Virus record (IMG/VR): IMGVR_UViG_2595698868_000001
Location: 128,001 to 192,000 of that record
Length of the DNA stretch: 64,000 nt
Strand: one strand, 5' to 3'
DNA from: a virus
Lineage: Duplodnaviria; Caudoviricetes
Shown here in pieces: positions 15,562-25,618 of the stretch; the first letter of the stretch is position 1, and each line of letters starts with the position of its first letter. Under the pieces are notes generated by a model. It was not told where the DNA came from, did not search any database, and saw only the letters and a list, made by a program, of their open reading frames with translations. Both the position numbers and the translations under genes were made by a program.

Positions 15562-17724
15562 TTAGGCCTTGGACTTGGGCGGGAAAACGTTCTGGAGGTG
15601 GATCAGCAGGCCGACGTACTTGTGCGCCTGGGCCGGATCGTCCTTACAGTAGTGGAGGTTGGAGATCACGCCCGAGGCCGGATTGGAATGGAAGTTCCAG
15701 TCCGAAATGATGGCGAGCGCCTTCTTCAGCGAGGCGGCGGCCTTCGGACAGGCAGGCGTGACGACGCGGTCGTTGTTGTCGACCACCAGGGCGTCCAGTA
15801 CCTTCTTCTCGTCATCCTTGATCGCCGTAAGATCGATACCGAGGTAGCCCTTGGCGTATTTGGCGATCTTGGAATAGATGCCCGTACCCTTTTCGAGACG
15901 CGCATAGTCTTCCGGCGCGAGAAGCTGGAGGAACTTCACGAACGCCTTCGCAGTGCTGGATTGGAAGATTTCGTGGGTGTGGTACCACAGGTCGAATCCA
16001 CTACCCTTCTCCTTCAGGCGCAGATCGACAGCCTCCCGGAGATGCGGGATGCTGTGGTCATCCATCTGATGCTGGGCCTGAGGCGCGGCGATGTACAGGG
16101 CATCGAGCCCGAACGATTTCGCCAACTTGAACAGCGGCCCGGCCTGACGGCGATGCTGTGCGCTGCTGATCCAGGCGTACTTGCCCTCATCCGCCTTGAT
16201 CTCGAAGACCGGTTTCTGCTCACCGGCCGCCTTGGCGAACGCGAGGCCTCGAATGGGCGGCTTGGACTTGTCGGTGACCGGCGACACGCGACGTGGCATC
16301 GCATCGCGCAGTTCTTCGAAAGTGATGAACTGCCAGCGGTCCCCAAAGCAGGCCGTCCAGAACTCCTCTCGCGGTTCCGCGAAATTCATGAGCAGCGTGA
16401 CAAGCGACAGCGAATTGCGTTCCATGTAAGAACGCACGAAACGGGCGATGCGGCGTTGTTCGCTGAACGACAGGGTGCTCGAAGTCGGATCACGCGATGC
16501 GTCCAAGAAGGCCGAACCATCGTTCAAGATCAGGTACTTCTCGGCCTGACGACCGTTGGGTCCAGTTTCCAGGTTGAAGCTCTGGGGGACGCTGAAGTCC
16601 CAGCGGCCGTCCTTTTGGCGGAAGCACTCGACAAAATAGCGATCGCCGGTCGCCGTCATCACCGTCGATTTCATGCCGGTGATGGGATGTTCATAATTTC
16701 CGGTCACGAACGTCGGGGTCAATTCCTTGGCCTTGGCGAAGAACGACTTGACCGACTTGATGTCCTTGATGGCTTCCCAGACGGCCGACGCCACCTCTTC
16801 ACGCAGGCGCTCAACGCGGTTGTTGAGGTAGCCTACGACTTCCTCGCTGTATTCGATCGATTCACGCGAGGGCGTGACCTTCACGGTGCCGATCGGACAG
16901 TCGAGGATGAAGCGGCTCTTGGAGTCGTAGTTCACCTTCGGCAGCGTGATCTTGTCTCGGGCGATCGGATAAATCACGCACCCCTGCCGAGCATACCACC
17001 CAGGCGGCAGGGCGCACTCGTCCACGACGAACCAATCGTCACCGGCGAACTTGGGCTTCGGGTTTTCGCCGAGTTTGACATTGGTCTCGAAGGCGCCGTT
17101 GTGCGCCAAGGCCACTTCGCGGATCGCCTTTTCGAAGGCATCGAAGTCCCGCGCCTCCACGGCGAAAGCGACTCGAACACCGCGCGGTTCGTCGCACGGC
17201 TCTTCGCTCATGAGGTAGAGTGTGGGGATATCATCTTCAGCCAGACCATAACCGTAGTGGCGGACGGTCTCGCCGTCGTAACAGGAGATCGTGTACTGAT
17301 CAGTGTAGGCATACGGCGCCTGGGCGCCGTGGCCCCACATGCCGACCTCGTCGTTCGACTTGTCCTTATCAGACTCGCCCAGGACGATGTAGACCTCCTC
17401 CATGACTTGGTCCGTCATGCCGACGCCGTAGTCGCGCACTGCGAATTCCGGCTGGAGGGCGGTTGGGGCCTGAACGTAGAAAGGCTTGTCGTTGCCTGCG
17501 CGCAGATGGGAGTCCCAGGCGTTCGAGGCGAGTTCGCGAACCGGCGCCTCGATCTTCTTCGAGTATTGCGCGTCGATGTGCATCTTGAAGGTCTTCGCCG
17601 ACAACTTGATCGACGATTTACGTGCCTTCATGATGCCGTGCGCTTGGAAATCGTTCGGCTGGGTCTCAATGAGCATGGGCGGTTCGAACTCGAAGGGCTG
17701 GGTCTGATAGTTGCCGACTGGCAT
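15562..17724 (-). CDS. rIIA: rIIA-like protein (GHKL ATPase N-terminus)
   Basis: YSKKIEAPVRELASNAWDSH, VRDYGVGM, GMWGHG, PYAYTD, TPSRESI; start may be 17676. Confidence 0.9.
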   Translation of the reverse strand: MPVGNYQTQPFEFEPPMLIETQPNDFQAHGIMKARKSSIKLSAKTFKMHIDAQYSKKIEAPVRELASNAWDSHLRAGNDKPFYVQAPTALQPEFAVRDYGVGMTDQVMEEVYIVLGESDKDKSNDEVGMWGHGAQAPYAYTDQYTISCYDGETVRHYGYGLAEDDIPTLYLMSEEPCDEPRGVRVAFAVEARDFDAFEKAIREVALAHNGAFETNVKLGENPKPKFAGDDWFVVDECALPPGWYARQGCVIYPIARDKITLPKVNYDSKSRFILDCPIGTVKVTPSRESIEYSEEVVGYLNNRVERLREEVASAVWEAIKDIKSVKSFFAKAKELTPTFVTGNYEHPITGMKSTVMTATGDRYFVECFRQKDGRWDFSVPQSFNLETGPNGRQAEKYLILNDGSAFLDASRDPTSSTLSFSEQRRIARFVRSYMERNSLSLVTLLMNFAEPREEFWTACFGDRWQFITFEELRDAMPRRVSPVTDKSKPPIRGLAFAKAAGEQKPVFEIKADEGKYAWISSAQHRRQAGPLFKLAKSFGLDALYIAAPQAQHQMDDHSIPHLREAVDLRLKEKGSGFDLWYHTHEIFQSSTAKAFVKFLQLLAPEDYARLEKGTGIYSKIAKYAKGYLGIDLTAIKDDEKKVLDALVVDNNDRVVTPACPKAAASLKKALAIISDWNFHSNPASGVISNLHYCKDDPAQAHKYVGLLIHLQNVFPPKSKA

Positions 17725-17993
17725 ACGCCCCGCCCGGTTAGCTTGTCAACTCACGCTGTCACCGCCCTGCCGGCTTTCTTGACGCTGGACCCTTTCGGTG
17801 TCAGGATTCCTGGCATGTTGGTGATGCGCGATATCACGGGCGAGGCGACGGCCACCGTGGCCAGCTTCTATGGGTATGAGCCGATCCCGCCGCGTGGAGT
17901 GGAAGGCTGTCCATGTCTGGAGCCCATTCCGACGAATGAACTGATCACCATCCACGACCGTAACAATCAAATTGTCTGGTATGCGAGGAAGAA

Positions 17994-18431
17994 TTGTCCG
18001 ATCCACGGAATCCTGATCACGGACCTGCCCGAATCCCCTCCTACGGACACAAGTACGGACTCCTCCACGATCGAATCGTAGGCGATAAGGACCCGGACTC
18101 GACCTTCCATAGCAAGATCAGCAACCACGCCAAGACCGAGTACATCTGTCAGGCGCTTCGGCTGGACCCGCGTGCGTTCAACCTCGATCTCCCATTCCCG
18201 CTGGAGGACTGGAATTCGAGCAGCGACATGTCGCTGATCAACGCCGGCCTCTACTTCACCGACATGCGCCGTCAGTTCTTCGAAGCGCTCGTCGCCGAAC
18301 ACGCCGAGCACCGCCACGGCGACGCCTGGGTGAAGCAGGGTGAAGCCGAGTTCTGGTGCGTCGAGTTCAACCGCACGCTGCACAAGCGCCTCAGCGGTAT
18401 CGTAATCGGCGACTCGCGGGTGCTGAATTGA
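17994..18431 (+). CDS. hypothetical protein
   Basis: TTG start after GAGG RBS, phage codon usage. Confidence 0.6.
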   Translation: MSDPRNPDHGPARIPSYGHKYGLLHDRIVGDKDPDSTFHSKISNHAKTEYICQALRLDPRAFNLDLPFPLEDWNSSSDMSLINAGLYFTDMRRQFFEALVAEHAEHRHGDAWVKQGEAEFWCVEFNRTLHKRLSGIVIGDSRVLN

Positions 18432-18802
18432 GCAAGACCATCACCATCTATGACGGCGCGATCGAGGCCAATCACGTCGGGTCGTTCGTCAAGATGGGCG
18501 AGGCCTTCCAGGTGATCCGCCCTGGCTACGACGCGCAGGGCAACCCGCGCGCAGCGTGGACGCAGATCGTCCACGACGGCATCCCCATCTTCGAGGAGAA
18601 GGTGAAGGGGCCGCTATCGGCCGCGACGCGGTCCTTCGACCGTCAGTGGGCGCAAGTCATCGGCGACGATCGTGACCTGATGCTCCGTGCGCTTGAGGCC
18701 TGCAAGAAGGAGCACCGGGCCAAGTTCCGGGATGGCCGTTCCGGTGTGGAGCCGGCGCCTACCATCCACGACACCCGCATCGGCACGAACTATGTCGCCT
18801 AG
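18428..18802 (+). CDS. hypothetical protein
   Basis: TTG start overlapping upstream stop. Confidence 0.6.
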   Translation: MSKTITIYDGAIEANHVGSFVKMGEAFQVIRPGYDAQGNPRAAWTQIVHDGIPIFEEKVKGPLSAATRSFDRQWAQVIGDDRDLMLRALEACKKEHRAKFRDGRSGVEPAPTIHDTRIGTNYVA

Positions 18803-18819
18803 GCGACAAGTTGACGCAG

Positions 18820-18852
18820 AGAGTTGACAGCCGGCACAAGCTGAGCCATAAC
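18820..18852 (+). promoter_or_regulatory. phage promoter motif
   Basis: AGAGTTGACAGCCGG with CATAAC -10-like hexamer. Confidence 0.65.
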
Positions 18853-18859
18853 CCTGCTC

Positions 18860-18939
18860 GTAAACCAGCAGCCGTCCCCTCCGAACCGATAGCTGCTGGA
18901 CTGTAGGAAGCCGGGGATCACTGCGATCTCCGGCTTTTT
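18860..18939 (+). ncRNA. candidate ~80-nt sRNA (hairpin + intrinsic terminator)
   Basis: Between promoter and terminator AAGCCGGGGATC/GATCTCCGGCTTTTT; hairpin CCAGCAGC/GCTGCTGG with CCCCTCC in loop. Confidence 0.45.
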
Positions 18940-19017
18940 AGTTTTCTGGGCATCAGGAGTTGACAGACGTGACTCCTCGGAATATGTGACTCCTCGACGA
19001 TAACGAAGGAGGCCCCG

Positions 19018-19680
19018 ATGGCTCAACGTTCCACTTCTCGCAAGCGCGCCAAGGTTCTCGACCGCGCGCAGTTCGACGCCCTTCTACCGATCGTGCGTGC
19101 GTCCAAGACGCCGCTGCGCGATGAAGTCGCCCTGCGTCTCTCGTTCAGCGCGGGGCTGCGCGCCTGCGAGATCGCCAACCTGCGCTGGTACAACAACCTT
19201 CTGGGTCCGACCGGCAAGCTGCTGGAGAACATCCACATTACCGGCGACGTCGCCAAACGCTCTATTGAGCGCGTGATCCCGATCGAGCCCGAACTGGCGA
19301 AGCTGCTGCGCCGCCTTCGCCGGCAGCGGCCGGAAGACGAATACGTTTTCTTCGCGGTCCACAACTACCAGACCCCTATGGTGCAGGACCCCAAGAACCC
19401 CAAGAAGAAGATCATCAACCCGACCTTCACCTTGGGCAAGGTCCAGCCGACAGCAGTGATCCAGTTCTTCCGCCGCCTGTATCGTCAGGCGGGCTACGTG
19501 GGCTGCTCCAGCCACAGCGGCCGGCGTACGTTCACCACGGTCAAGGCCCGTCAGGTCGGCAAACACGGCTGCTCGATCGAGGACGTCCGTGATCTGGTCG
19601 GCCATAAGCGCCTGGACACCACGGCCTCCTATATCGAGCCGTCGGACAACCGCCGCGCGCTGATCTCGGCGGACTGGTAA
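19018..19680 (+). CDS. tyrosine recombinase (catalytic domain only)
   Basis: GLRACEI, HSGRRT, LVGH, TASY catalytic residues; RBS AAGGAGG. Confidence 0.92.
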   Translation: MAQRSTSRKRAKVLDRAQFDALLPIVRASKTPLRDEVALRLSFSAGLRACEIANLRWYNNLLGPTGKLLENIHITGDVAKRSIERVIPIEPELAKLLRRLRRQRPEDEYVFFAVHNYQTPMVQDPKNPKKKIINPTFTLGKVQPTAVIQFFRRLYRQAGYVGCSSHSGRRTFTTVKARQVGKHGCSIEDVRDLVGHKRLDTTASYIEPSDNRRALISADW

Positions 19681-19794
19681 GCGGCGCCGGCGCCCTTAAC
19701 AGGGGGCCGGTTTAAGCTGCCAGTATTCTTGACATTCGTGAACGGATGGACGAGGGTGACGCCTCGTCCATCACCCCCGTCCAAACGTCCCCGT

Positions 19795-22700
19795 ATGACC
19801 GCTTTGCAAGATTTCCTCTCGGCGCTCTTCGCCGCGTGCCCTGAGTCTCCGGTACCGCTGACGGTGGGGGAGGATGCCTACGAAGCCTACACCGCCGACG
19901 AAATCGCCAGTGTCGTCAGCGCGGCGGAAGAAGCCGGAGAGGCCCTTTATACCGCGCCCGTGACGCAGGGACTCGTCGCCTTCATGCCGGCGGTGACCGA
20001 AAACGTGGCCGACCCCGACGAGTGGCGCGACGCCACGATCCAACCGACAGCGGTGTTGTTCCGGGACGGGATCATGCTGTCGCTTTACGCGCTGGACGCG
20101 GCCGTCGATTTGGAAGCTTCGCCCGAGGTCCAGAGCCTGTTCGGCTGGATGGGCAGTGATCCCTCCGACCTCATCCCTACCCCTGATTCGAACGGCTGGA
20201 CCCTGGCCCATTGCGACCCCAACGTCTACCAGACGCTGGCGACGCTCATGGATGCGTATGCCCCTGAGACGCCGGTCACAGGCGCTGTCGGCGCACCAGC
20301 CGAAGGCGCTCCGTGGGACGAGGACTTCGGGACCCTGCATGATGCGCATATCCTGACGTATTACGATCCGACCGATGCCTACTATGCCCAAGAGATGACG
20401 ATCTCGATCGGCGGTAACCGCGAATCGAAGAAGTGGGTTCCCAAGACGATGCCGATCGCGGCGTTCGTGGAACTGCTGTCGATGCACCGCGAGGACCCCA
20501 AGAAGGACGGCTTGGCGTTCGTCCTGGCCGAGATCGTCGGCGACCAGCGCCGGAAGCAGGCTGTGAAGACCTGCTACGGCGTGGGCCTCGATATCGACGT
20601 TGGCGTCTCGGGCGCCCAGATCGACGCAGCCCTGAAGGAAATGGGCTGCCTCGCCGTCCGCTACACCACCCACAGCCACAACAAGACGTCGACGTTCCTG
20701 AACAAGGACCGTGTGACGAAGTGGGCGGCGAAGAATGGCCAGGAGGAACTGGACGAGGCCGTCATCAAGCGCTTCCTCCGCGAGGAAGAAGATTGGGTTC
20801 CGGAACTGATTGAATCCGTCGCCTACCTCGGGGATGATCACCGCCCTGAAGGCCTGATGATCCAGCTTGAGCACGATCCGATGCCCAAGCACCGCGTCGT
20901 CGTGCCGCTGGCTACGCCTTACGAGGTCGCCAAGATCGCCAAGACCCACGAAGAGGGCATGCGCAAGTGGAACGAGATTCCCAAGGCGCTGGCCCGCGCT
21001 TTGGGCGACCTGCCGCTCGACAAGGCGGCTCTGGACCCCTCGCGCCTCTTCTATTTCCCGCGTCACGCTCCCGGTCGCGCCTTCGAAACGACCATCTTCG
21101 GCGGACCGATGCTGGACTGGTCGACCCTGGACCTGGACGGTCCGCCGAAGGACGCCTTCGAAGCGGCCCTGGAGGCTGAGATCGGCGGCTCCAACAAGAG
21201 TGGCGGTGGTTCGCGGTCTACGACCAAGGAAGGCCGCGACCTCGGTCGCTGGTCTATCAAGCGCGCGCACGGTTTCCAGATCGTCGACGTCATTCGTGAC
21301 TTCGACCCCGATCGCATCCGCACCAATGGCGCGCACAAGATCGACATCGAGTGCCCCTTCGACGATCATCACTCCAATCCCGGCGATCCCGAAGACAAGG
21401 GATGCTTCGCGGTCAATGCCGGCGACGGGCCGTCGGGTATCTTCACGATCAAGTGCCAGCACGATTCGTGTCAAGAGCGTACGAACCTGGACTTCCTCGG
21501 CAAGATGCTGAAGGACGGCTGGTTCGAGGACGATGTCCTGGAAAGCGACATGTACAACGCTGTCCTCGACGAGGAGGACACCAGCATTCCGGAGGCCGCG
21601 AAGAAGATCGCGGCCCAGGATGAAGCGCGCGACGAATATCAAGTTAAGATCAGCGCCTTGTCTCCCGAATCGAGCGAGAGCGATATCGAGGACGCGTTGC
21701 GTGCTCTGATGGAAGCTGACCTCGGGCCGCTGGCCCAACAGCGAGCAGAATCCGAGATCAAGCAGAACCTGAAGATCAACCAGTCGACCCTGACCCGCAT
21801 GTTGAAGACGATGCGCCGCGTGGTTGAACGCGATCGCAACCAGTCCGGCGACTACCGCGACCCGAAGGGCCGTCTGGTGTTCTCGTTCCAGGGCGACTTC
21901 AACTTCGACGAAGCCGTCGACATGTGCTTCAAGGCGCTGCGCAACACCAACACCAAGGATGCCGAGCCCACCTTCTCGTGCGTCCAGGACAAGCCTTACC
22001 GCCTCAAGCGCCACCCGAAGACCGGCCGGATTGTCTTCGAAGAACTGCCCAATCAGGCTCTGTGGTCGGAATTGAATACGCGTCTGACCTTCGTGCGTCG
22101 CGGCGACAACGGCGACGGCGCCCGTCAGGCCGTACCGAAGGAAGTGGCGACTCACGTCTACGAGCAGGTCTACAACGAACTGCCGCAGTCGCCGGAAGTC
22201 ATCTACACGCCGCTCTACACCAATGACGGCGCCCTGGTTCTGCACCCCGGCTACTACGCTGACCTGAACATCCTGATGGCGAACACGCGCTTCGAAATCG
22301 ACGTCCCGGTCAACCCGTCGGCGGAAGATGCTCTGGCGGCCGTGGACTTCCTCAAGCATGAACTGCTGGTCGACTTCCCGTTCCTGGACTACGACACCCA
22401 GGGGAACGAACGTCGGGAGCCGTCGGAAGCCAACGCTCTGGCGATGCTGCTCACCCCCTTCATGCGCCGCATGATCAATGGCTGCACGCCGGTGTTCTTC
22501 GTCGCCAAGCCTACGCCGGGTACTGGCGGCACTCTGCTGGGCAAGCTGCCTATGCTCATCTTCGACGGCGTCGAGAGCGCGCCCATGAGCTACACGCAAA
22601 ACGAAGAAGAAATGCGTAAGGCGCTGCTGGCGGCGATCATCGAGACCCGCTCGCACCTCTTCTTCGACGACGTGCGCGAATTCAACAACCGCGTCCTGCT

Positions 22701-23397
22701 GCAATCCATCACGGCGCAGGAGATCGGCGGCCGGCTGCTGGGCTCGACGCGCAACGTTACCCGTCCGAACACCTTCAATTGGGTGGGCACCGGCAATAAC
22801 CCGCTGATCGGCTCCGAAATGGAACGCCGCATCTGCTGGATTCGTTTGAACCGCAAGACCTCCAACATTCAGGAGATCACCTACACCCACGACGACCTGC
22901 CGGGCTGGATCGCGGACAACCGTGCGAAGATCATTCGCGCCATCCTGACGATGGTCCAGTATTGGATCGACATTGGCCAACCGACTTTCACCGAGCGTAA
23001 GCGTGTCTCGTTCGAGGACTGGTCGCGTAAGGTTGGTGGCGTCCTCCAGGCCTGTGGCGTGGAAGGCTTCCTCGACAACCGTCGCTCGGCCGGCGCCGAT
23101 ATGGACGAGACGGCGATCCGCACCTTCGTCAAGGAGTGGTTGAAGAAGTTCGGGTTCGAGAAGACCGCCCCGGCGAAGCTCTTCGAGTACGCGACGTCGA
23201 TGGAACTGGACATCATCGAAGGCAACAACGACGACCAGAAGAAGCAGCGCTTCCCGAAGCGCCTGCACACCATGGATGGCCGTGTCTTCTCGATCGACAG
23301 CGTCGACTACATCGTCCTCACGAACTTCGACGACGACAACAACTTGGTCTACTCGCTCACTCCGCTGGAGACGGCGAAGGAAGCCGAAGCGGCATAA
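19795..23397 (+). CDS. primase-polymerase/helicase-like replication protein
   Basis: LDID, YTTHSH, DPSRLFYFP (prim-pol like); CPFDDH..CQHDSC Zn motif; C-terminal P-loop-like domain with FFDDV and TGNN. Confidence 0.75.
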   Translation: MTALQDFLSALFAACPESPVPLTVGEDAYEAYTADEIASVVSAAEEAGEALYTAPVTQGLVAFMPAVTENVADPDEWRDATIQPTAVLFRDGIMLSLYALDAAVDLEASPEVQSLFGWMGSDPSDLIPTPDSNGWTLAHCDPNVYQTLATLMDAYAPETPVTGAVGAPAEGAPWDEDFGTLHDAHILTYYDPTDAYYAQEMTISIGGNRESKKWVPKTMPIAAFVELLSMHREDPKKDGLAFVLAEIVGDQRRKQAVKTCYGVGLDIDVGVSGAQIDAALKEMGCLAVRYTTHSHNKTSTFLNKDRVTKWAAKNGQEELDEAVIKRFLREEEDWVPELIESVAYLGDDHRPEGLMIQLEHDPMPKHRVVVPLATPYEVAKIAKTHEEGMRKWNEIPKALARALGDLPLDKAALDPSRLFYFPRHAPGRAFETTIFGGPMLDWSTLDLDGPPKDAFEAALEAEIGGSNKSGGGSRSTTKEGRDLGRWSIKRAHGFQIVDVIRDFDPDRIRTNGAHKIDIECPFDDHHSNPGDPEDKGCFAVNAGDGPSGIFTIKCQHDSCQERTNLDFLGKMLKDGWFEDDVLESDMYNAVLDEEDTSIPEAAKKIAAQDEARDEYQVKISALSPESSESDIEDALRALMEADLGPLAQQRAESEIKQNLKINQSTLTRMLKTMRRVVERDRNQSGDYRDPKGRLVFSFQGDFNFDEAVDMCFKALRNTNTKDAEPTFSCVQDKPYRLKRHPKTGRIVFEELPNQALWSELNTRLTFVRRGDNGDGARQAVPKEVATHVYEQVYNELPQSPEVIYTPLYTNDGALVLHPGYYADLNILMANTRFEIDVPVNPSAEDALAAVDFLKHELLVDFPFLDYDTQGNERREPSEANALAMLLTPFMRRMINGCTPVFFVAKPTPGTGGTLLGKLPMLIFDGVESAPMSYTQNEEEMRKALLAAIIETRSHLFFDDVREFNNRVLLQSITAQEIGGRLLGSTRNVTRPNTFNWVGTGNNPLIGSEMERRICWIRLNRKTSNIQEITYTHDDLPGWIADNRAKIIRAILTMVQYWIDIGQPTFTERKRVSFEDWSRKVGGVLQACGVEGFLDNRRSAGADMDETAIRTFVKEWLKKFGFEKTAPAKLFEYATSMELDIIEGNNDDQKKQRFPKRLHTMDGRVFSIDSVDYIVLTNFDDDNNLVYSLTPLETAKEAEAA

Positions 23398-23400
23398 AAG

Positions 23401-23433
23401 GAAACCCCGGTGGAGCGATCCACCGGGGTTTTT
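23401..23433. terminator. bidirectional intrinsic terminator
   Basis: AAACCCCGGTGGA-GCGA-TCCACCGGGGTTTTT between convergent genes. Confidence 0.85.
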
Positions 23434-23435
23434 GC

Positions 23436-23711
23436 TTAGAGGAAGACGATTTCAGGAGGCTTGCCGCGCCGGCGGACGATCTTGATAAGACCCGCCTTGA
23501 TTTCGGCGGCGAACTGCTCCTCCAGGGTCTTCTGTTTACCGCGCCGGTGCTTCGATTGGCCCCAGGGTGTCTTGGTCTTGCCGCCCCGCCGTCTCGGCTC
23601 CGAGGGTTGCTCAGGATCGGGCAGAAGGGTCGAGGACCCCTCCATGCCATTGTAGCTCGCCATGCCCATCAGGGACGGCCCGCCTTGCGGTAGCGACGCT
23701 CCGTAGCCCAC
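23436..23711 (-). CDS. hypothetical basic protein
   Basis: 91-aa ORF ending at terminator; start uncertain. Confidence 0.45.
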   Translation of the reverse strand: MGYGASLPQGGPSLMGMASYNGMEGSSTLLPDPEQPSEPRRRGGKTKTPWGQSKHRRGKQKTLEEQFAAEIKAGLIKIVRRRGKPPEIVFL

Positions 23712-23908
23712 TCATGGTGAGCGCAGCCGAGCGCGACCAACAAGCCCGCGACGATCGTGAAGCCCCCGAGCACCCAGGGAAACGCCAGCGGCGCGGCCAG
23801 GAGGATGAACGCGGCCCACACGACGGGCCAGGACCAAACGAGCGCGCCGGCGAGCTTGAACACCATGATGAACACGGCGGTGATGAAAGCAAGCATACGC
23901 ATTTCCAA
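23669..23908 (-). CDS. small membrane protein
   Basis: FKLAGALVWSWPVVWA pattern; hydrophobic. Confidence 0.6.
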   Translation of the reverse strand: MEMRMLAFITAVFIMVFKLAGALVWSWPVVWAAFILLAAPLAFPWVLGGFTIVAGLLVALGCAHHEWATERRYRKAGRP

Positions 23909-24038
23909 TTTGCCTCAAAAGGTATAGGCGCCAGGATTTACGGCGCCTCGATGTCCTGTGTCAACGCCATACCGCTAAAAGCGTTGACAGCCGACACCGC
24001 GAGGGCTACTTCCTGAAATGAGTATTACAGGAGTTTCC

Positions 24039-24632
24039 ATGGCTTACGAGGCGGAGGATCACGAGGACGATTTTGTTGCGCATCCCTCTCGTCGCGGCGT
24101 CCCTTTGGCGGATGCGGACTTGATCGCCGCGCAGCCGGCTCGCCGTCGTCTCACCGGACCGACGCAGGCCGCGCTCGACTCCAATCGCGAATCCGTCCTG
24201 ATCCGCAAGGAAGGGTCGCCCGCGATGCGTTTTTCCCTGAAGCACGCCGACGTCTATCAGGCGCTCTGGAAGCTGTGGGCCGAAAAGCGCGTTGAGGGAC
24301 TCGACGATCCCGGCGTAACGCTGAGCGATCTCTACGCGCGTCTGGATGACCTCGGTCACGCTTATCCCAAGACGACTGTGGCCGCCATGGTGCAGGGCTT
24401 TGTGCGCAGCGGGCTCGCGAGCGTCGTCAGCCAATTCGTGGGTTTTGGAGCCGCGCGTGCTCGCTACTACCCTTCGGCTGAAGGCGTCCAGGCCTTCGCC
24501 CTGGCGGCCCATCTAGGCTACGGCGCCATGGTCCAGGTTGGACACACGGCGTCCGCGTGGGCTAATCGCAAGGAATCCGAACCCAGCAATTTGTTTCAAC
24601 ATGCCGCGCTGCTCGCGCGCGTCATGCCGTAA
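24039..24632 (+). CDS. hypothetical protein, possible winged-HTH
   Basis: RBS AGGAG, promoter TTGACAGCCG at 23984; VTLSDLY..KTTVAAMVQGFVRSGL..YYP. Confidence 0.6.
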   Translation: MAYEAEDHEDDFVAHPSRRGVPLADADLIAAQPARRRLTGPTQAALDSNRESVLIRKEGSPAMRFSLKHADVYQALWKLWAEKRVEGLDDPGVTLSDLYARLDDLGHAYPKTTVAAMVQGFVRSGLASVVSQFVGFGAARARYYPSAEGVQAFALAAHLGYGAMVQVGHTASAWANRKESEPSNLFQHAALLARVMP

Positions 24633-25084
24633 TGCGGAGAGTGCATGAAATGGCAGAAAACTCGCAGGCCCAAACCAAAACCATCACAGCCCCAGGGCGA
24701 GCGCGAGAAGCGCGCGCTGGAAGTGCTGGCCAAGATGCCGGCGCCGGTAAGGAGGTTCTGACGAAGGAGAGCCTGCGGAAGATCGGCGAAGGGCTGAACG
24801 GCCGACACTGGCAGACCGACATCGCCAGCCGCCTAGGCGATTCCAAATCGCAGATGTCGCGTTACCTGAAGGGCGATCGCCAACTCAGCCCCCTTCTCCC
24901 GCGTCACCTCCAGTTCATCCTGAACCAGCGCATCGAAGAGATCGCGGCTCTCCTGAACACACCGGGCATGCCCTATGCGGGCACTCAGGAGGCTCAGGAA
25001 GTAGAGGAGATCATTCGGACGGCGCTCGGTAAGGTCCCAGGCTCTCGACCGCCCCGTAAGCGCGCTGGAGCGACGCTCGCGTGA
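24632..25084 (+). CDS. HTH DNA-binding protein
   Basis: WQTDIASRLGDSKSQMSRYLKGDR. Confidence 0.7.
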   Translation: MRRVHEMAENSQAQTKTITAPGRAREARAGSAGQDAGAGKEVLTKESLRKIGEGLNGRHWQTDIASRLGDSKSQMSRYLKGDRQLSPLLPRHLQFILNQRIEEIAALLNTPGMPYAGTQEAQEVEEIIRTALGKVPGSRPPRKRAGATLA

Positions 25085-25560
25085 CGCAGATCATCAAGCC
25101 AACCCTACGCCGTTACAAGACGACAAACCAGCCGTCGGTGTTCCTCGCGGGGAGTATCGAGATGGGGACAGCGTCACCCTGGCATGACGAAGTGGCCGAG
25201 CATCTCAACGGCTATGCGTCGCTGGTTTACAATCCGCGACGTGACGATTGGGATTCGACCTGGGTCCAGGAAATCGGTGCGGAGCAATTCAACGCCCAAG
25301 TCAATTGGGAGTTGGACATGATCGAAGCCGCCGATGCGGTTTTCTTCTACTTCGAGCCCAACACCAAGTCGCCGATTACCCTACTGGAGCTTGGCATTGT
25401 AGCTGCATCCAAGCCGGCGAGGGCAGTTGTGGTCTGTCCTGCCGGGTTCTGGCGTAAGGGGAATGTCGACATCGTCTGTGAACGAGCCGGGCTACCGGTC
25501 CGAGAGACGATCGACGAAGGGCTCAAGCGTTTCCAGGCACTTCTCGGGACGCTCATTTAG
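25081..25560 (+). CDS. nucleoside 2-deoxyribosyltransferase-like protein
   Basis: VFLAGSIEMG, YNPRRDDW, QVNWEL, SPITLLELG, FWRKGNVDIVC. Confidence 0.85.
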   Translation: MTQIIKPTLRRYKTTNQPSVFLAGSIEMGTASPWHDEVAEHLNGYASLVYNPRRDDWDSTWVQEIGAEQFNAQVNWELDMIEAADAVFFYFEPNTKSPITLLELGIVAASKPARAVVVCPAGFWRKGNVDIVCERAGLPVRETIDEGLKRFQALLGTLI

Positions 25561-25566
25561 ATCAAT

Positions 25567-25602
25567 GAAAAAGGCCCCGGATCGCTCCGGGGCCTTTCCT
25601 TT
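25567..25602. terminator. bidirectional intrinsic terminator
   Basis: AAAAAGGCCCCGGA-TCGC-TCCGGGGCCTTT between convergent genes. Confidence 0.85.
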
Positions 25603-25618
25603 AGGATAGCGAGTCGAC

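Noticed and set aside
17815-18081. Possible 88-aa plus-strand ORF
   Set aside because: Overlaps the better-supported 17994 ORF by 88 nt and has no clear RBS; left uncalled
19771-23268. Very long antisense ORFs (1165 aa here; also 15598-18081, 32372-34093, 39840-41633, 56773-58842)
   Set aside because: Shadow frames caused by strong GC3 codon bias of the real gene on the opposite strand; no motifs or RBS
17994-23397. Integrated satellite/PICI (recombinase + primase on the opposite strand)
   Set aside because: Same codon usage and promoter motif as the flanks, no att repeats seen; more likely core phage genes
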